Shown: positions 25,666-34,948 of the stretch, piece by piece
Layout: each line of letters opens with the position of its first letter
How positions within the stretch are numbered: position 1 is the stretch's first letter
Assembly (NCBI GenBank): GCA_026394195.1
Contig: JAPKYS010000054.1
Coordinates: forward strand, 20,583-84,582
DNA length: 64,000 nt
Reading direction: 5' to 3'
DNA from: a bacterium
GTDB lineage: Bacteria; Electryoneota; B3-LCP
Notes under the pieces: model-generated
Databases searched by the model: none
What the model was told of the DNA's origin: nothing
What the model saw: the letters and a program-made list of their open reading frames with translations, nothing else
Program-made: the position numbers and the translations under genes

Positions 25666-26853
25666 CTATTCTTTCAGGTTCAGATAACCGACGCGGCGCT
25701 TGAAGCTCTTCTTGACCACCGCTTCCTTCAGGTCATCGAATACGGACAGGATGTGTTCAGGTTCGATCGGCTTCCCACCCAGACCGTAGATGTAATTGCA
25801 CATCATCGGAGCCGGATGAATGCCGTATAGCGCCGACCTGACTTCAATGTGTACCGGACCGCCATCCCCACCGTAGGCGATAGAGCGATCCATGACCGCG
25901 CAGGCTTTCAGACCTTTCAAGGCTTTGGCCAGTTCTTCATGGGGGAAGGGGCGGAAAACCCGCAATTTGATCATACCGGCTGCGACGCCACGGCTGCGCA
26001 GATCGTCGACGACCATACGGACTGAACCGGCAGTAGAACCCAGAACGACCACGGCGAATTCCGCGTCATCCATTTTATAAGCTTCGAAGAATTCGTAGCA
26101 CTCGGTGCTGTTGAAAGTCTTCTTGAACTCGCGCCCCACGTCGAGAATGACTCCGGCGGATTTATTGAAGGCTTCAAGTTGAGTCGCTTTATGCTCGAAG
26201 TAGAAGTCCGAGAAGTTCAAGGCTCCGAGGGTCAGAGGTTTTTTGGTATCCAGAAGTGTATAGCGTGGCTTGTATTCACCGACGAACTTCTTCGCCTTGT
26301 CATCATCGAAGATCGTTACGGTTTCGACACCGTGACTGATGATGAAACCGTCCAGAGTCACCATCACTGGCGTCAGTACCTCAGGATGCTCGGCGATGCG
26401 GATGGCTTGGAGAGTATTTTCGTAGGCTTCCTGCGCATTTTCGCTGAAAATGTGAATCCAGCCGGCATCGCGAACGCCCATGGTGTCGGAATGGTCACCC
26501 TGGATATTGATGGGTCCGGAGAGCGCCCGATTGACCACCGGCATGACGATGGGCAGCCTGTATGAGGAAGCGATGTACAGGATTTCAAACATGAGTGCCA
26601 GTCCGCAGGCGGAGGTGGCGGTCATGGATCGGGCTCCTGCCGCCTGTGCGCCAAGGGTGGCGGACATGGCAGAATGCTCGGATTCGACCAGAACCATTTC
26701 GCTGTCAACTTCGCCGCCCGCCACGAAGTCGGCGAATTTCTGCATCATTGAAGTCTGGGGTGTGATTGGGTAGGCGGCGACGACGTCAGGATTGATCTGT
26801 TTCATGGCGTAGGCGACCGCTTCATTACCTGTTAGAGCCAATATTTGCGGCAT
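25666..26853 (-). CDS. porA: Pyruvate/2-oxoacid:ferredoxin oxidoreductase alpha subunit
   Basis: 395 aa. N-terminus MPQILALTGNEAVAYAMKQINPDVVAAYPITPQT typical of PorA/VorA. Confidence 0.8.
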   Translation of the reverse strand: MPQILALTGNEAVAYAMKQINPDVVAAYPITPQTSMMQKFADFVAGGEVDSEMVLVESEHSAMSATLGAQAAGARSMTATSACGLALMFEILYIASSYRLPIVMPVVNRALSGPINIQGDHSDTMGVRDAGWIHIFSENAQEAYENTLQAIRIAEHPEVLTPVMVTLDGFIISHGVETVTIFDDDKAKKFVGEYKPRYTLLDTKKPLTLGALNFSDFYFEHKATQLEAFNKSAGVILDVGREFKKTFNSTECYEFFEAYKMDDAEFAVVVLGSTAGSVRMVVDDLRSRGVAAGMIKLRVFRPFPHEELAKALKGLKACAVMDRSIAYGGDGGPVHIEVRSALYGIHPAPMMCNYIYGLGGKPIEPEHILSVFDDLKEAVVKKSFKRRVGYLNLKE

Positions 26854-26917
26854 TGCATGTACCTCTATTGCAGCTTAAGTTTTTTCGATGGTTGGTTAGT
26901 ATGGGTGATCCCCACTC

Positions 26918-27211
26918 TTATTTCTTCACCATGACGATGGCTTTTTCCGGTTTGGTGGGACATTCCGTCGAGCAGATGGCACAGCCCTTGCAATGAACGT
27001 AATCAATGTCGACCACCTTGCCATCCTTGACCAGAATCGAGCTGTCCGGGCAGTAGACCCAGCAGAAGAAGCACTGAATGCAAATCTCCGCATTGAAGAC
27101 TGGCTTGAAAGTGCCCCAGGTTCCGGTGACGTATTTTTCTGCGTTGCCGGCTTCTTCGATTAAGCCGCCGATCGGCAACTCCTTGTATTTTGCGTCGAAG
27201 TATTTCTTCAT
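26918..27211 (-). CDS. porD: Pyruvate/2-oxoacid:ferredoxin oxidoreductase delta subunit (2x[4Fe-4S] ferredoxin)
   Basis: Two CxxCxxCxxxCP motifs (CIQCFFCWVYCP, CKGCAICSTECP). 97 aa. 4-nt overlap with the gamma-subunit gene. Confidence 0.8.
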   Translation of the reverse strand: MKKYFDAKYKELPIGGLIEEAGNAEKYVTGTWGTFKPVFNAEICIQCFFCWVYCPDSSILVKDGKVVDIDYVHCKGCAICSTECPTKPEKAIVMVKK

Positions 27212-27792
27212 TCTGATTTTACCTCCTTGGAGGCGTCCATGATGCAGAGAACGTTTCCTTCAAGTATCTCGCTTTTAAATTTTCCTTTGAATTTTTCTTT
27301 GAAGTCCGCAGCCACCGATTCAGGCGGCAGCATTTTGGTGACGCCAAGCAGAGCTCCAATCATCGGCGTGTTGGGAATGGCTTTACCGAGGTGGCGCAGC
27401 GAGATGCCAGTCGCATCGATGGTGAACAACTTCCGTCCCTGCAGCTTCATCTGAGCCCGAATATTCTTCGGCGTAGCCGGTGTATTGATGATCAGGATGC
27501 CATCGTCCTTCAGACCTTCTGTAACGTCGATTGCTTCCAGCAGCGATGGGTCCAGGACGATGACCACGTCAGGCGATGTTACCTGCGAGTGGTGCATGAT
27601 CCGCTGATCAGAGATGCGGGTAAAGGCTTTAATCGGAGCACCCTGGCGTTCGCTGCCATATTCCGGAAAAGCCTGGATCTGCTTGCCCAGAGCCATCGCA
27701 GACTCGGCAAGCACCTTCGACGCCGTCACGGCTCCCTGACCTCCACGACCGTGCCAGCGAATTTCCAGCATGTTTTTACCAGTATTTGTCAT
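27208..27792 (-). CDS. porG: Pyruvate/2-oxoacid:ferredoxin oxidoreductase gamma subunit
   Basis: IRWHGRGGQGAVTASKVLAESA is the gamma-subunit signature. 194 aa. Confidence 0.8.
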   Translation of the reverse strand: MTNTGKNMLEIRWHGRGGQGAVTASKVLAESAMALGKQIQAFPEYGSERQGAPIKAFTRISDQRIMHHSQVTSPDVVIVLDPSLLEAIDVTEGLKDDGILIINTPATPKNIRAQMKLQGRKLFTIDATGISLRHLGKAIPNTPMIGALLGVTKMLPPESVAADFKEKFKGKFKSEILEGNVLCIMDASKEVKSE

Positions 27793-28027
27793 TTATTCCT
27801 CTATGGTTATGCTCTCATGATTCAGGGGAGGTTAATCCACACTGAATCGCGGTATTGCGCTTGTTTTCTAATGGATGAGTTTGCACCTTTCTTCACATAT
27901 CCCACTTTTCACGCATTACAGGTTCTTTAGTTCCTTTTACCTACCAATTTGGCGAAATAACTTGCTGAACATCTATTTTGAACTTAAAACTACACGATAT
28001 TATTTTTCATTCGTAATTCGTAATTGA

Positions 28028-28627
28028 TTATAGTTCTCCACGTCCTTGCAGCGCTCGGGTTAGCGTCGCCTCATCGGCAAACTCCAGTTCCGACCCCACC
28101 GGCACGCCGCGGGCAATGCGCGTCACCTTGACGCCGGTCGGTTTAAGTCTCTGCGCTACCAAAAGAGCCGTGGTTTCCCCCTCGGACGTCGGATTGGTGG
28201 CGATGATGACTTCACGCACCTGATCCCGCCGGATACGATGGACCAGCTCTTCGATGTGCAAGTCACTCTCATTCTGCCGGTCCAGCGGAGCCAGCACGCC
28301 TCCCAATACGTGGTACAGCCCAGAAAAAGCCTGCGATTTCTCCAATGGCAGAATGTCGGTGGCTTGTTCGACCACGCAGATCATTTGCTGATCCCGGCGT
28401 GTGTCCGAACAGATGGCGCAGCGTTCGCCTTCAGAGATATTGAAGCAACTCGAGCACAGCTGCAGTTTTGCCTTGACGTCCAGAATCGCCTGAGCCAGCA
28501 GATTCGCCTGGTCCGTTGATTGCTTCAAAATGTGAATCGCCATCCGCTGCGCGGATTTTTTACCAATTCCGGGCAGTTTGGCTAACTGATCCGCTAAGGT
28601 TTGTAAGGTCGGTGGAATACCTGACAT
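28028..28627 (-). CDS. recR: Recombination protein RecR
   Basis: HhH (LPGIGKKSAQRMA), C4 zinc finger (CSSCFNISEGERCAIC), Toprim domain. 199 aa. Confidence 0.9.
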   Translation of the reverse strand: MSGIPPTLQTLADQLAKLPGIGKKSAQRMAIHILKQSTDQANLLAQAILDVKAKLQLCSSCFNISEGERCAICSDTRRDQQMICVVEQATDILPLEKSQAFSGLYHVLGGVLAPLDRQNESDLHIEELVHRIRRDQVREVIIATNPTSEGETTALLVAQRLKPTGVKVTRIARGVPVGSELEFADEATLTRALQGRGEL

Positions 28628-28686
28628 ATAAAGTACCTAAAATTCTGCTTCCTTTCGGATCCGGAAAATCCGATCAAGGTGTTGTG

Positions 28687-28894
28687 TAGGGGCGCATGGC
28701 ATGCGCCCAGTGTTTTCATTTGCCCCATTCATGGGGCTAGTCAGACGTAGCACATTGCTTCAGCGATGTGCGCCCCACTTGATGGAGGCTGGGTTGCCCT
28801 CAACCCAGCTCTATTTGCCGCGGTGTGCGGGAATGGTTCGGGTCGGAGCGACCCCAACTATATCACGCACGTAGGAGCACAGCGTGCTGTGCCC
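28687..28894. repeat. Cluster of repeat modules: GC hairpins at 28687-28708 and 28871-28894, CCCCATTCATGGGG module 28722-28747
   Basis: Direct matches to the hairpin family and to the reverse complement of 553-575. Confidence 0.5.
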
Positions 28895-28967
28895 TGTAAC
28901 GGAATATAATTACAGTATAAACAAAATCTTGCCCGCGCCCACGAGGCATCTGCCAGAAACTGTACTC

Positions 28968-29309
28968 TTAAAACCCTGGAATTTTAAATCCCGGCGGCAA
29001 CCCGCCCATCAGACCGCCTGCCACGGAAGACATACGTTGATCGGCAACTTCCTTGGCGTTCTTCAGAGCCTGATTGACTGCGGCAGTCACCAGGTCTTCC
29101 AACATTTCCACTTCATTGGGATCGATGACTTCCGGATCGATCTTGATGGAGATGATCTCCTGTTTGCCGGAGGCTTTTACCGTGATTACCCCTCCTCCCG
29201 CGCTCGCTTCGACAATGATCTGCTCAAGTTCCGCCTGAGCTCTCGCCATGTTTTCCTGAAGCTTCTGCGCCTGCTTCAGCAGACCGTCCATCCCACCGAA
29301 TCGTTTCAT
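28968..29309 (-). CDS. ybaB: YbaB/EbfC family nucleoid-associated protein
   Basis: MDGLLKQAQKLQENMARAQAELEQ...VITVKASGKQEIISIKIDPEVID is the canonical YbaB. Lies between dnaX and recR. Confidence 0.85.
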   Translation of the reverse strand: MKRFGGMDGLLKQAQKLQENMARAQAELEQIIVEASAGGGVITVKASGKQEIISIKIDPEVIDPNEVEMLEDLVTAAVNQALKNAKEVADQRMSSVAGGLMGGLPPGFKIPGF

Positions 29310-29337
29310 TTTATGTCAACCTTGGTTGTTGTCTGAA

Positions 29338-30999
29338 TTACGCGATGCGCTTCGCCCCCAGAGTACGGATCAACTCGGTTTCCAGCGGATCGTCATCCTG
29401 CACGCTTCTGGGGAGCTCCGCAGCTTCGCTTTTAGTGACTCGTTCAAACCGCAGCCGCGCCGGACTGCCGAAAACGACCTCCAGCCCTGCATCCAAACTG
29501 CCTGAAGCAGCAACCTTGATCAGTCGCTCCAACTGCATATCGTGCAGGTCGCTCCCGAAGCCGACCACCAGGGTATTGTCTTCCAACCTTTGCGGATGCC
29601 CCAGCTTGATCTGGCATGCCAGCGGAATCCTGCCTTCGCAAACGCGATCCACCAGTTCGAGCCAACGGGACCGGATGGATCCAAGCTCCAACGGGATAAT
29701 CCCACCCATCGTGGCTTTGATCATTGTAGCAGCGGGTGGATTGTCCGGCGATGCCGCGTTGGGTGACGGTGGTGGGGGCATCGTAGGAGCGGGAGTCGCT
29801 GCTGCGGGAGTTCTGGTTTTTTCCCGAGGCGCCGGTGTTGGCGGCTTGGATTCTCGTCCCGGAGGCGGGTTTTCGCCTCGCATTTCGTTGATCAATTCTT
29901 CGATCTGCGCAGTCCGATCCAGAGTCGCCAGCCGCAACAGGGTCAGTTCCAACTTCAAGCGCGGATTGGGGTGGCGCCGAATGTCCGTAAAAGCATCCTG
30001 CAGGATGGCCAGAATGCGCAATAAATCATTGATATTGAAATCAGCTGCCGCGTCCAGATAGCGCTTACGCACGTCCGCGGGAGCTTCGATGAATTCAGCG
30101 ATCTGAGCATTCCGGGCTTTTATGAAATTCAGAAAATGTTCCAGCAGACTGTGCAGGAACTCGCGTGGGCTCTGCCCGCGGGCATCCACTTCTTCGACCA
30201 GGGCGAAAACGGCTTCCGGTTTTTTCTCCAGGAACAGGTCTGATACCCGAAAGAAAAGGTCTTCCGGGACCATCCCCAGGGCATTGCGTACTTCATCGAC
30301 CGTGATGCCATCCGGAGCGAAGGTAGTCATCTGGTCCAGCAGACTCTGAGCATCGCGCATGGCGCCGTCAGCCCGTCTGGCGATCAGTTCCAAAGCTTCA
30401 TCATCGGCTTTGACTTGCTCCACGTCGCAAATATGGCGCAGGTGGCTGAAGATTTCCTGAACGGACAGGCGGCGGAAGTCAAAACGCTGGCAGCGTGATA
30501 ATATCGTGGCGGGCACACGACTGATTTCCGTCGTGGCAAAGATAAAGATGGCGTGTTCCGGAGGTTCTTCCAATGTTTTCAGCAAGGCATTAAATGCCTC
30601 GATGGTCAACATGTGAACCTCGTCGATGATGTAGATTTTCTTCCGCAGCGCTGCCGGATTAAAATGGATGTTATCGCGCAGGTTACGGATTTCTCCGACG
30701 CCGCGATTGGAGGCGCCATCGATCTCCAACACGTCCAGGCTGCGCCCCTCGGGAATCTCCTTGCAGGCAATGCACTGATTGCAGGGGTTCGCCGTGGGAC
30801 CGTTGACGCAGTTGATAGCCTTGGCGAGTAATCGCGCCGTGGTGGTCTTTCCAATCCCCCGTGGGCCCGCGAAAATAAAGGCGTGCGCGATGCGTCCGGC
30901 TTTCAGAGCGTTCTGCAGGGTTCTGGATACGCTTTCCTGCCCAACGACTTCGGCAAAGGTTTGAGGCCGCCACTTGCGAGCGGTTACCAGGAAAGACAC
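29338..30999 (-). CDS. dnaX: DNA polymerase III subunit gamma/tau
   Basis: RPQTFAEVVGQ, Walker A GPRGIGKTT, zinc module CVNGPTANPCNQCIAC, DEVHML. P-rich linker near the C-terminus. 553 aa. Confidence 0.9.
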   Translation of the reverse strand: MSFLVTARKWRPQTFAEVVGQESVSRTLQNALKAGRIAHAFIFAGPRGIGKTTTARLLAKAINCVNGPTANPCNQCIACKEIPEGRSLDVLEIDGASNRGVGEIRNLRDNIHFNPAALRKKIYIIDEVHMLTIEAFNALLKTLEEPPEHAIFIFATTEISRVPATILSRCQRFDFRRLSVQEIFSHLRHICDVEQVKADDEALELIARRADGAMRDAQSLLDQMTTFAPDGITVDEVRNALGMVPEDLFFRVSDLFLEKKPEAVFALVEEVDARGQSPREFLHSLLEHFLNFIKARNAQIAEFIEAPADVRKRYLDAAADFNINDLLRILAILQDAFTDIRRHPNPRLKLELTLLRLATLDRTAQIEELINEMRGENPPPGRESKPPTPAPREKTRTPAAATPAPTMPPPPSPNAASPDNPPAATMIKATMGGIIPLELGSIRSRWLELVDRVCEGRIPLACQIKLGHPQRLEDNTLVVGFGSDLHDMQLERLIKVAASGSLDAGLEVVFGSPARLRFERVTKSEAAELPRSVQDDDPLETELIRTLGAKRIA

Positions 31000-31069
31000 G
31001 AAATGACTCTCTTAAATTGAGCGATAGATTAAATGGCTGTGCCCTATCTTCGATTTTACGCCGTCGTTT

Positions 31070-31215
31070 CACCGACTGGTCGCCGATTCCGGGCAAGCTC
31101 CCCCGCGGCACATCGAGTTGTCACTGACCGCTGCTCCCTTCCAGGCCTGACGGGGTTGGGTGGAACCAGATTGCGCGGGACTTGACCTTCAACATCACGT
31201 GCCGGCCGGATCCGG
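31070..31215 (-). ncRNA. ffs: Signal recognition particle RNA (4.5S/ffs), approximate ends
   Basis: Minus-strand sequence GUCAGGCCUGGAAGGGAGCAGCGGUCAG...GUGCCGCGGGGGAGC matches the helix-8 consensus GUCAGGUCCGGAAGGAAGCAGC...GUGCCGGG. Flanking segments can pair as a terminal helix. It sits in the classical ffs-dnaX position. Confidence 0.55.
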
Positions 31216-31340
31216 AGGCGAAAAAACCTTGGTATAGGTATTCAGCCCCGCTGTAGCGGATTTCGGGTTCAGGGCACCGCTAACTCCCCACCTAGCACAG
31301 CCAATAGTGCGGTGATAGCCTTCCTTGGTCTACCACCGAT

Positions 31341-31415
31341 CGGTGGAGCTGAGCGGGATCGAACCGCCGACCTATACGTTGCGAACGTATCGCTCTCCCA
31401 ATTGAGCTACAGCCC
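31341..31415 (-). tRNA. tRNA-Ala (anticodon CGC)
   Basis: Reverse complement GGGGCTGTAGCTCAATTGGGAGAGCGATACGTTCGCAACGTATAGGTCGGCGGTTCGATCCCGCTCAGCTCCACC folds as a cloverleaf. G3:U70 Ala identity pair. Anticodon loop TTCGCAA. GGTTCGATCC T-arm. Discriminator A. Confidence 0.85.
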
Positions 31416-31854
31416 CGATGAACATTGGTTTCAGGTTGCTTATAAAATAACACTCCAGAGCGGAAAAGTCAACCGATTTGCCGCTCAAATCTCACGCTTG
31501 ATTAAGGGAATTTTCTTTCGGCTTTCGGTATTAGAGAGGCTGATATTCGCCGCTCAATCCTGACCGGAATCGAGGCGATGGGCTGCAACGGATCAACGGA
31601 TTAGATTTGAGCATGGGACGCAGGATAGATTCGAGGTGAACCCATTGATGAGTCAACCACCTATTATTTGTTTGAAGTATTTATTTATAAAATAATTAGC
31701 TCTACGTTTTCCCGTGAGAGAAGAATTGGCAGACATTCTCGGCGCCTGCCACAGGCTGTGCAGCTCGATTCATGTTAATCTTTTAGATAAACTGACATTT
31801 CCGGCATTCAAATTGCATATAGGGTTGTGGATTAAATAAACTGGCTGGGGGAAG

Positions 31855-32538
31855 ATGATGTTGGAAACGATTTTAGAACGGCGCGCTACCGCAGAAGAGC
31901 ACTATCGCCGGGGGCTGCGCCTGAAGGGGGAGGGTTACCTGCTGGAGGCAGAGCAGGAGTTCAAGCTTTCCATGGAAGTGGATCCTGCCTATTTCGATCC
32001 TCTCCTGGAAATTCTGATTGAACAGGAAGAAACTGGGGTTTCTGAAGATATCCGAACTGACGAGTTGTTGCGTAGAGCGGATCAGAAGTATCGGCTTGGG
32101 ATGGCGTTGCTCAAACACAAACGCGCCGAGAAAGCGATCCGTCACCTGAATGACGCCTGTCAGTCGGAGTTGGATAATGCCAAGTACCTGGTCGGCCTTG
32201 CTGAGGCTCTGGCGGATTGCGGCCGTCTCAAAGAAGCCAAGGAAAACCTGCGCATCGCCGCCGAACTCCACGGCGGTTCCGATCCCCTGAGATATCGCGC
32301 CAGGGCGCACCTTTTATTGAGTGAAATGCATTTAAAGGATGGCCATCTGCGCAGGGCGCGCCGACGCGTAATGATGGCGCACTCGCTGGACCCCAAAAAC
32401 GAAGATATTGCCCTGATGTTCAAGCGGGTCAAAATCGGTCCGATCCAGCGCATGTTCCTGGTTTCGCATCACAAAGACAAGGAACGCCAGAAATATCAGG
32501 CGCAAGCCGCCGCGCTCTCTAAAGCCGCGCAGAAATAA
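31855..32538 (+). CDS. Tetratricopeptide-repeat protein, function unknown
   Basis: Helical repeat composition with multiple 34-aa TPR-like units. No catalytic motifs. Confidence 0.5.
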   Translation: MMLETILERRATAEEHYRRGLRLKGEGYLLEAEQEFKLSMEVDPAYFDPLLEILIEQEETGVSEDIRTDELLRRADQKYRLGMALLKHKRAEKAIRHLNDACQSELDNAKYLVGLAEALADCGRLKEAKENLRIAAELHGGSDPLRYRARAHLLLSEMHLKDGHLRRARRRVMMAHSLDPKNEDIALMFKRVKIGPIQRMFLVSHHKDKERQKYQAQAAALSKAAQK

Positions 32539-32648
32539 ATCCACGATCTATTTTTCAATCGATGCAGGGGCGCAGCATGCTGCGCCCTTACTGTTGCTCG
32601 CCGCTCGCGCACCCCTCCCCCTGAGCGCACGAAATCTCTCAAAATCAC

Positions 32649-32677
32649 TTGACAAAGACCCCTATATTTTATATATT
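32649..32677 (+). promoter_or_regulatory. Sigma70-like promoter TTGACA - 17 nt - TATATT upstream of the porin-like gene
   Basis: Consensus hexamers with 17-nt spacer about 45 nt before ATG 32723. Confidence 0.4.
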
Positions 32678-32722
32678 ATCCGACAAATCAAGAAACAATC
32701 CTCTCGATAGAAGGAGTAAATC

Positions 32723-33397
32723 ATGAAAAAGACAGCTTTAGTTCTCGTGATTTTGCTGGTGGTGGCGTTAATCGTACCATCGGCTCATGCAAAGATGAAA
32801 ATTGGGTTGGGTGGTAATGTTGGTTTAAATATTTCCACCATGGTGAGCGATGCACAGGGTTTTGATACAAATAAAAAATCCCGTAATGGCTTCGTTTTGG
32901 GAGGGGTCGCAGAATTCCACTTTTCTGACTTCATTTCACTTCAGCCCGAAATGCGTTATGCAATGAAAGGTCTCAGACAAGAAGTCAGCGATCAGGGGTT
33001 CTACTATAAAGCTAAATACAACTATGACTATCTAGAAATTCCAGTCTACTTAAAAGTTACCATCCCAACTGGGATTGCTTTCGGTCCGCATGCTTTCGCT
33101 GGTCCAGTTGTTGGAATCAAATTAAGTTCAAATTATGATGTCAGCACAAACATCCCAGCGAATCAACTACCGCAGGGTACCCTGACCGGAGATGGTACCA
33201 TTGCCGACCAGAATAGTATAGATTTTGGTTTAGGGTTTGGTGCTGGCGGTCATTTCGATTTTGGAGCGCACGGAATCTCCCTGAGTTTCGTTTACAATCT
33301 TGGTTTGACCAATGTTGACGGATCTGAAGGCGCCGAAAGTATGCAAAACCGTTGCCTCTCGATCATAGCAGGATACGTCTACACGTTCAACAAGTAA
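32723..33397 (+). CDS. Small outer-membrane beta-barrel (porin-family/OmpA-like barrel) protein
   Basis: Signal peptide ending AHA. Alternating hydrophobic beta-strand pattern with G-rich turns. 224 aa. Confidence 0.55.
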   Translation: MKKTALVLVILLVVALIVPSAHAKMKIGLGGNVGLNISTMVSDAQGFDTNKKSRNGFVLGGVAEFHFSDFISLQPEMRYAMKGLRQEVSDQGFYYKAKYNYDYLEIPVYLKVTIPTGIAFGPHAFAGPVVGIKLSSNYDVSTNIPANQLPQGTLTGDGTIADQNSIDFGLGFGAGGHFDFGAHGISLSFVYNLGLTNVDGSEGAESMQNRCLSIIAGYVYTFNK

Positions 33398-33420
33398 TCT
33401 GCTGAGCAGGATAAAAGTAA

Positions 33421-33455
33421 GCGGTCAGGACGCAAGTCCTGACCGCTTTTTATTT
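33421..33455 (+). terminator. Rho-independent terminator GCGGTCAGGAC-GCAA-GTCCTGACCGC followed by TTTTTATTT
   Basis: Perfect 11-bp stem, GNRA-like loop, T-run, 24 nt after the porin stop. A second family hairpin is at 33468-33493. Confidence 0.75.
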
Positions 33456-33600
33456 GACACCGTAACGTAGGGGCACAGCGTGCTGTGCCCCTACATTTTG
33501 CTCCCTGGCTTTGATTTATTCAAATGCAATCGCCTGTCATTCCGACTTGTTCGGAATCCGACAGGCGATTCGTTAATTCGTTTCTTAGGAACTCTAAGCT

Positions 33601-34869
33601 TTAATTCGTTATCTCCAACATGATCAGCTTGCGGTTCAATTGCTGCTGCTTGATCTTGGCATTGGCGTATTTGCCGCTGAAGGCTGTCTTAATGTCCCGG
33701 TACAGGTCCCTCGCCTGCTGGTATTTGTCCGCCTTAGCCCAGAGCAGGTAATCCAGCGTTTGATCCGTCGCCACGTTCTCCTTGCTGCGGTTGGAACACG
33801 ACTTGACCGCGTCGGCGACCGCAAACTGCAGGTCTTCAAGCTGATCCTGGTCGAACGTGCCGGTAATGTTGAAGATTACTTTGTATTGGATTCCCTTCTG
33901 CAGGTCGTCTTTCCAGTAAGCCATCACTCGGGAAAGCACCTTGTCGATGGCGTCTTTAATCGCCTCTTCCGTCACGACTTCGGGTGGAGCCGGACGATCG
34001 TACGAATATCCAGTCTCCGTCCCTAACAGCCTGCCGGTTGTGGTCTCGAAGGCGCGCACGGTCACTGAGGCTTTCCGGGTTTCCGTCGAACCCTGCATCC
34101 CTGTGGCGATGCTGACAGTATAGGTGACATAGACGTCCGAACCGATCGATTGAGCCACCTGCAGCGAGACGTCATCTCCCGCTCCCTTGATCAACTTCAT
34201 GGTCGAACCGTAGTTGTTCAGGAAATCCTGCTGTTCCGGTACGATGACTTCGTAGCGCCGCGCGGTCAGATACGATTCGATGGAACGCGCCGCCTGCTTG
34301 AGTTCGCTCTGGTTGTCCAGAGCTTCCAGCGGATTTCCCCCTTTGGGCACTTCCGGCAGCACCAGGATCTGCGGAAGACCCAATTCAGCAGCCAGATCCG
34401 TCCCTGCAACGATCACTCCCAGCGTGACCAAATCCTCCTTGAGCAGTCCCACGTTGACCCGGAAAACCTTCTCGATCTTCAAAGATTTCCCATCAGCCAT
34501 CTTGGCGCGCAGGGTAAAGTCCTGCGCTTCCCAGGCGATATACTTGTTGACGTTGTTCAAGTCGAAGAAATTCTGTTCCTGCAGTGCAAATCGGCTCTTT
34601 TCCTCAGGAGCGGTCAGAATGGGATCTGTTCCCATGTACAGGCAGAAGTACAACGCCGACTTCTTGGCGTCGTTGATCGCGTTGACCTCCTGCTCTTTTT
34701 TGCTGCCCGTACCGATGCCGGCAGCTTGAATCATCCATTCCGTGGGCGAGTAGGATTCCACGAAACTGGCTTGCCGGGATTGGGGCAGGTTTCCCTGTGC
34801 CATTGCATTGGGCGTCAGGAAAGAAGCAGCGATCAGAACGACCAGAACATATTTTAAGACAGAACGCAT
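33601..34869 (-). CDS. Secreted multi-domain protein with LPP20/FlgP-like (TolB-N-like) domains; paralog of the 36759-37901 gene
   Basis: Signal peptide. IQAAGIG...EVNAINDAKKSALYFCL resembles the LPP20/FlgP A..A..A.RNA motif. The C-terminal region VTVRAFETTTGRLLG aligns with VSVRALETSTGQIIS of the paralog. Confidence 0.45.
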   Translation of the reverse strand: MRSVLKYVLVVLIAASFLTPNAMAQGNLPQSRQASFVESYSPTEWMIQAAGIGTGSKKEQEVNAINDAKKSALYFCLYMGTDPILTAPEEKSRFALQEQNFFDLNNVNKYIAWEAQDFTLRAKMADGKSLKIEKVFRVNVGLLKEDLVTLGVIVAGTDLAAELGLPQILVLPEVPKGGNPLEALDNQSELKQAARSIESYLTARRYEVIVPEQQDFLNNYGSTMKLIKGAGDDVSLQVAQSIGSDVYVTYTVSIATGMQGSTETRKASVTVRAFETTTGRLLGTETGYSYDRPAPPEVVTEEAIKDAIDKVLSRVMAYWKDDLQKGIQYKVIFNITGTFDQDQLEDLQFAVADAVKSCSNRSKENVATDQTLDYLLWAKADKYQQARDLYRDIKTAFSGKYANAKIKQQQLNRKLIMLEITN

Positions 34870-34948
34870 AAGTCCTCCGGGTATTCAAGTACAATATTAT
34901 ATCGTCAGGGAGATCCCGACGAGCTTATCTGTGTTTGAGGCTTCCAAA

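Noticed and set aside
31312-31563. 83-aa plus-strand ORF
   Set aside because: It overlaps the tRNA-Ala gene on the opposite strand and has no RBS. It is spurious.
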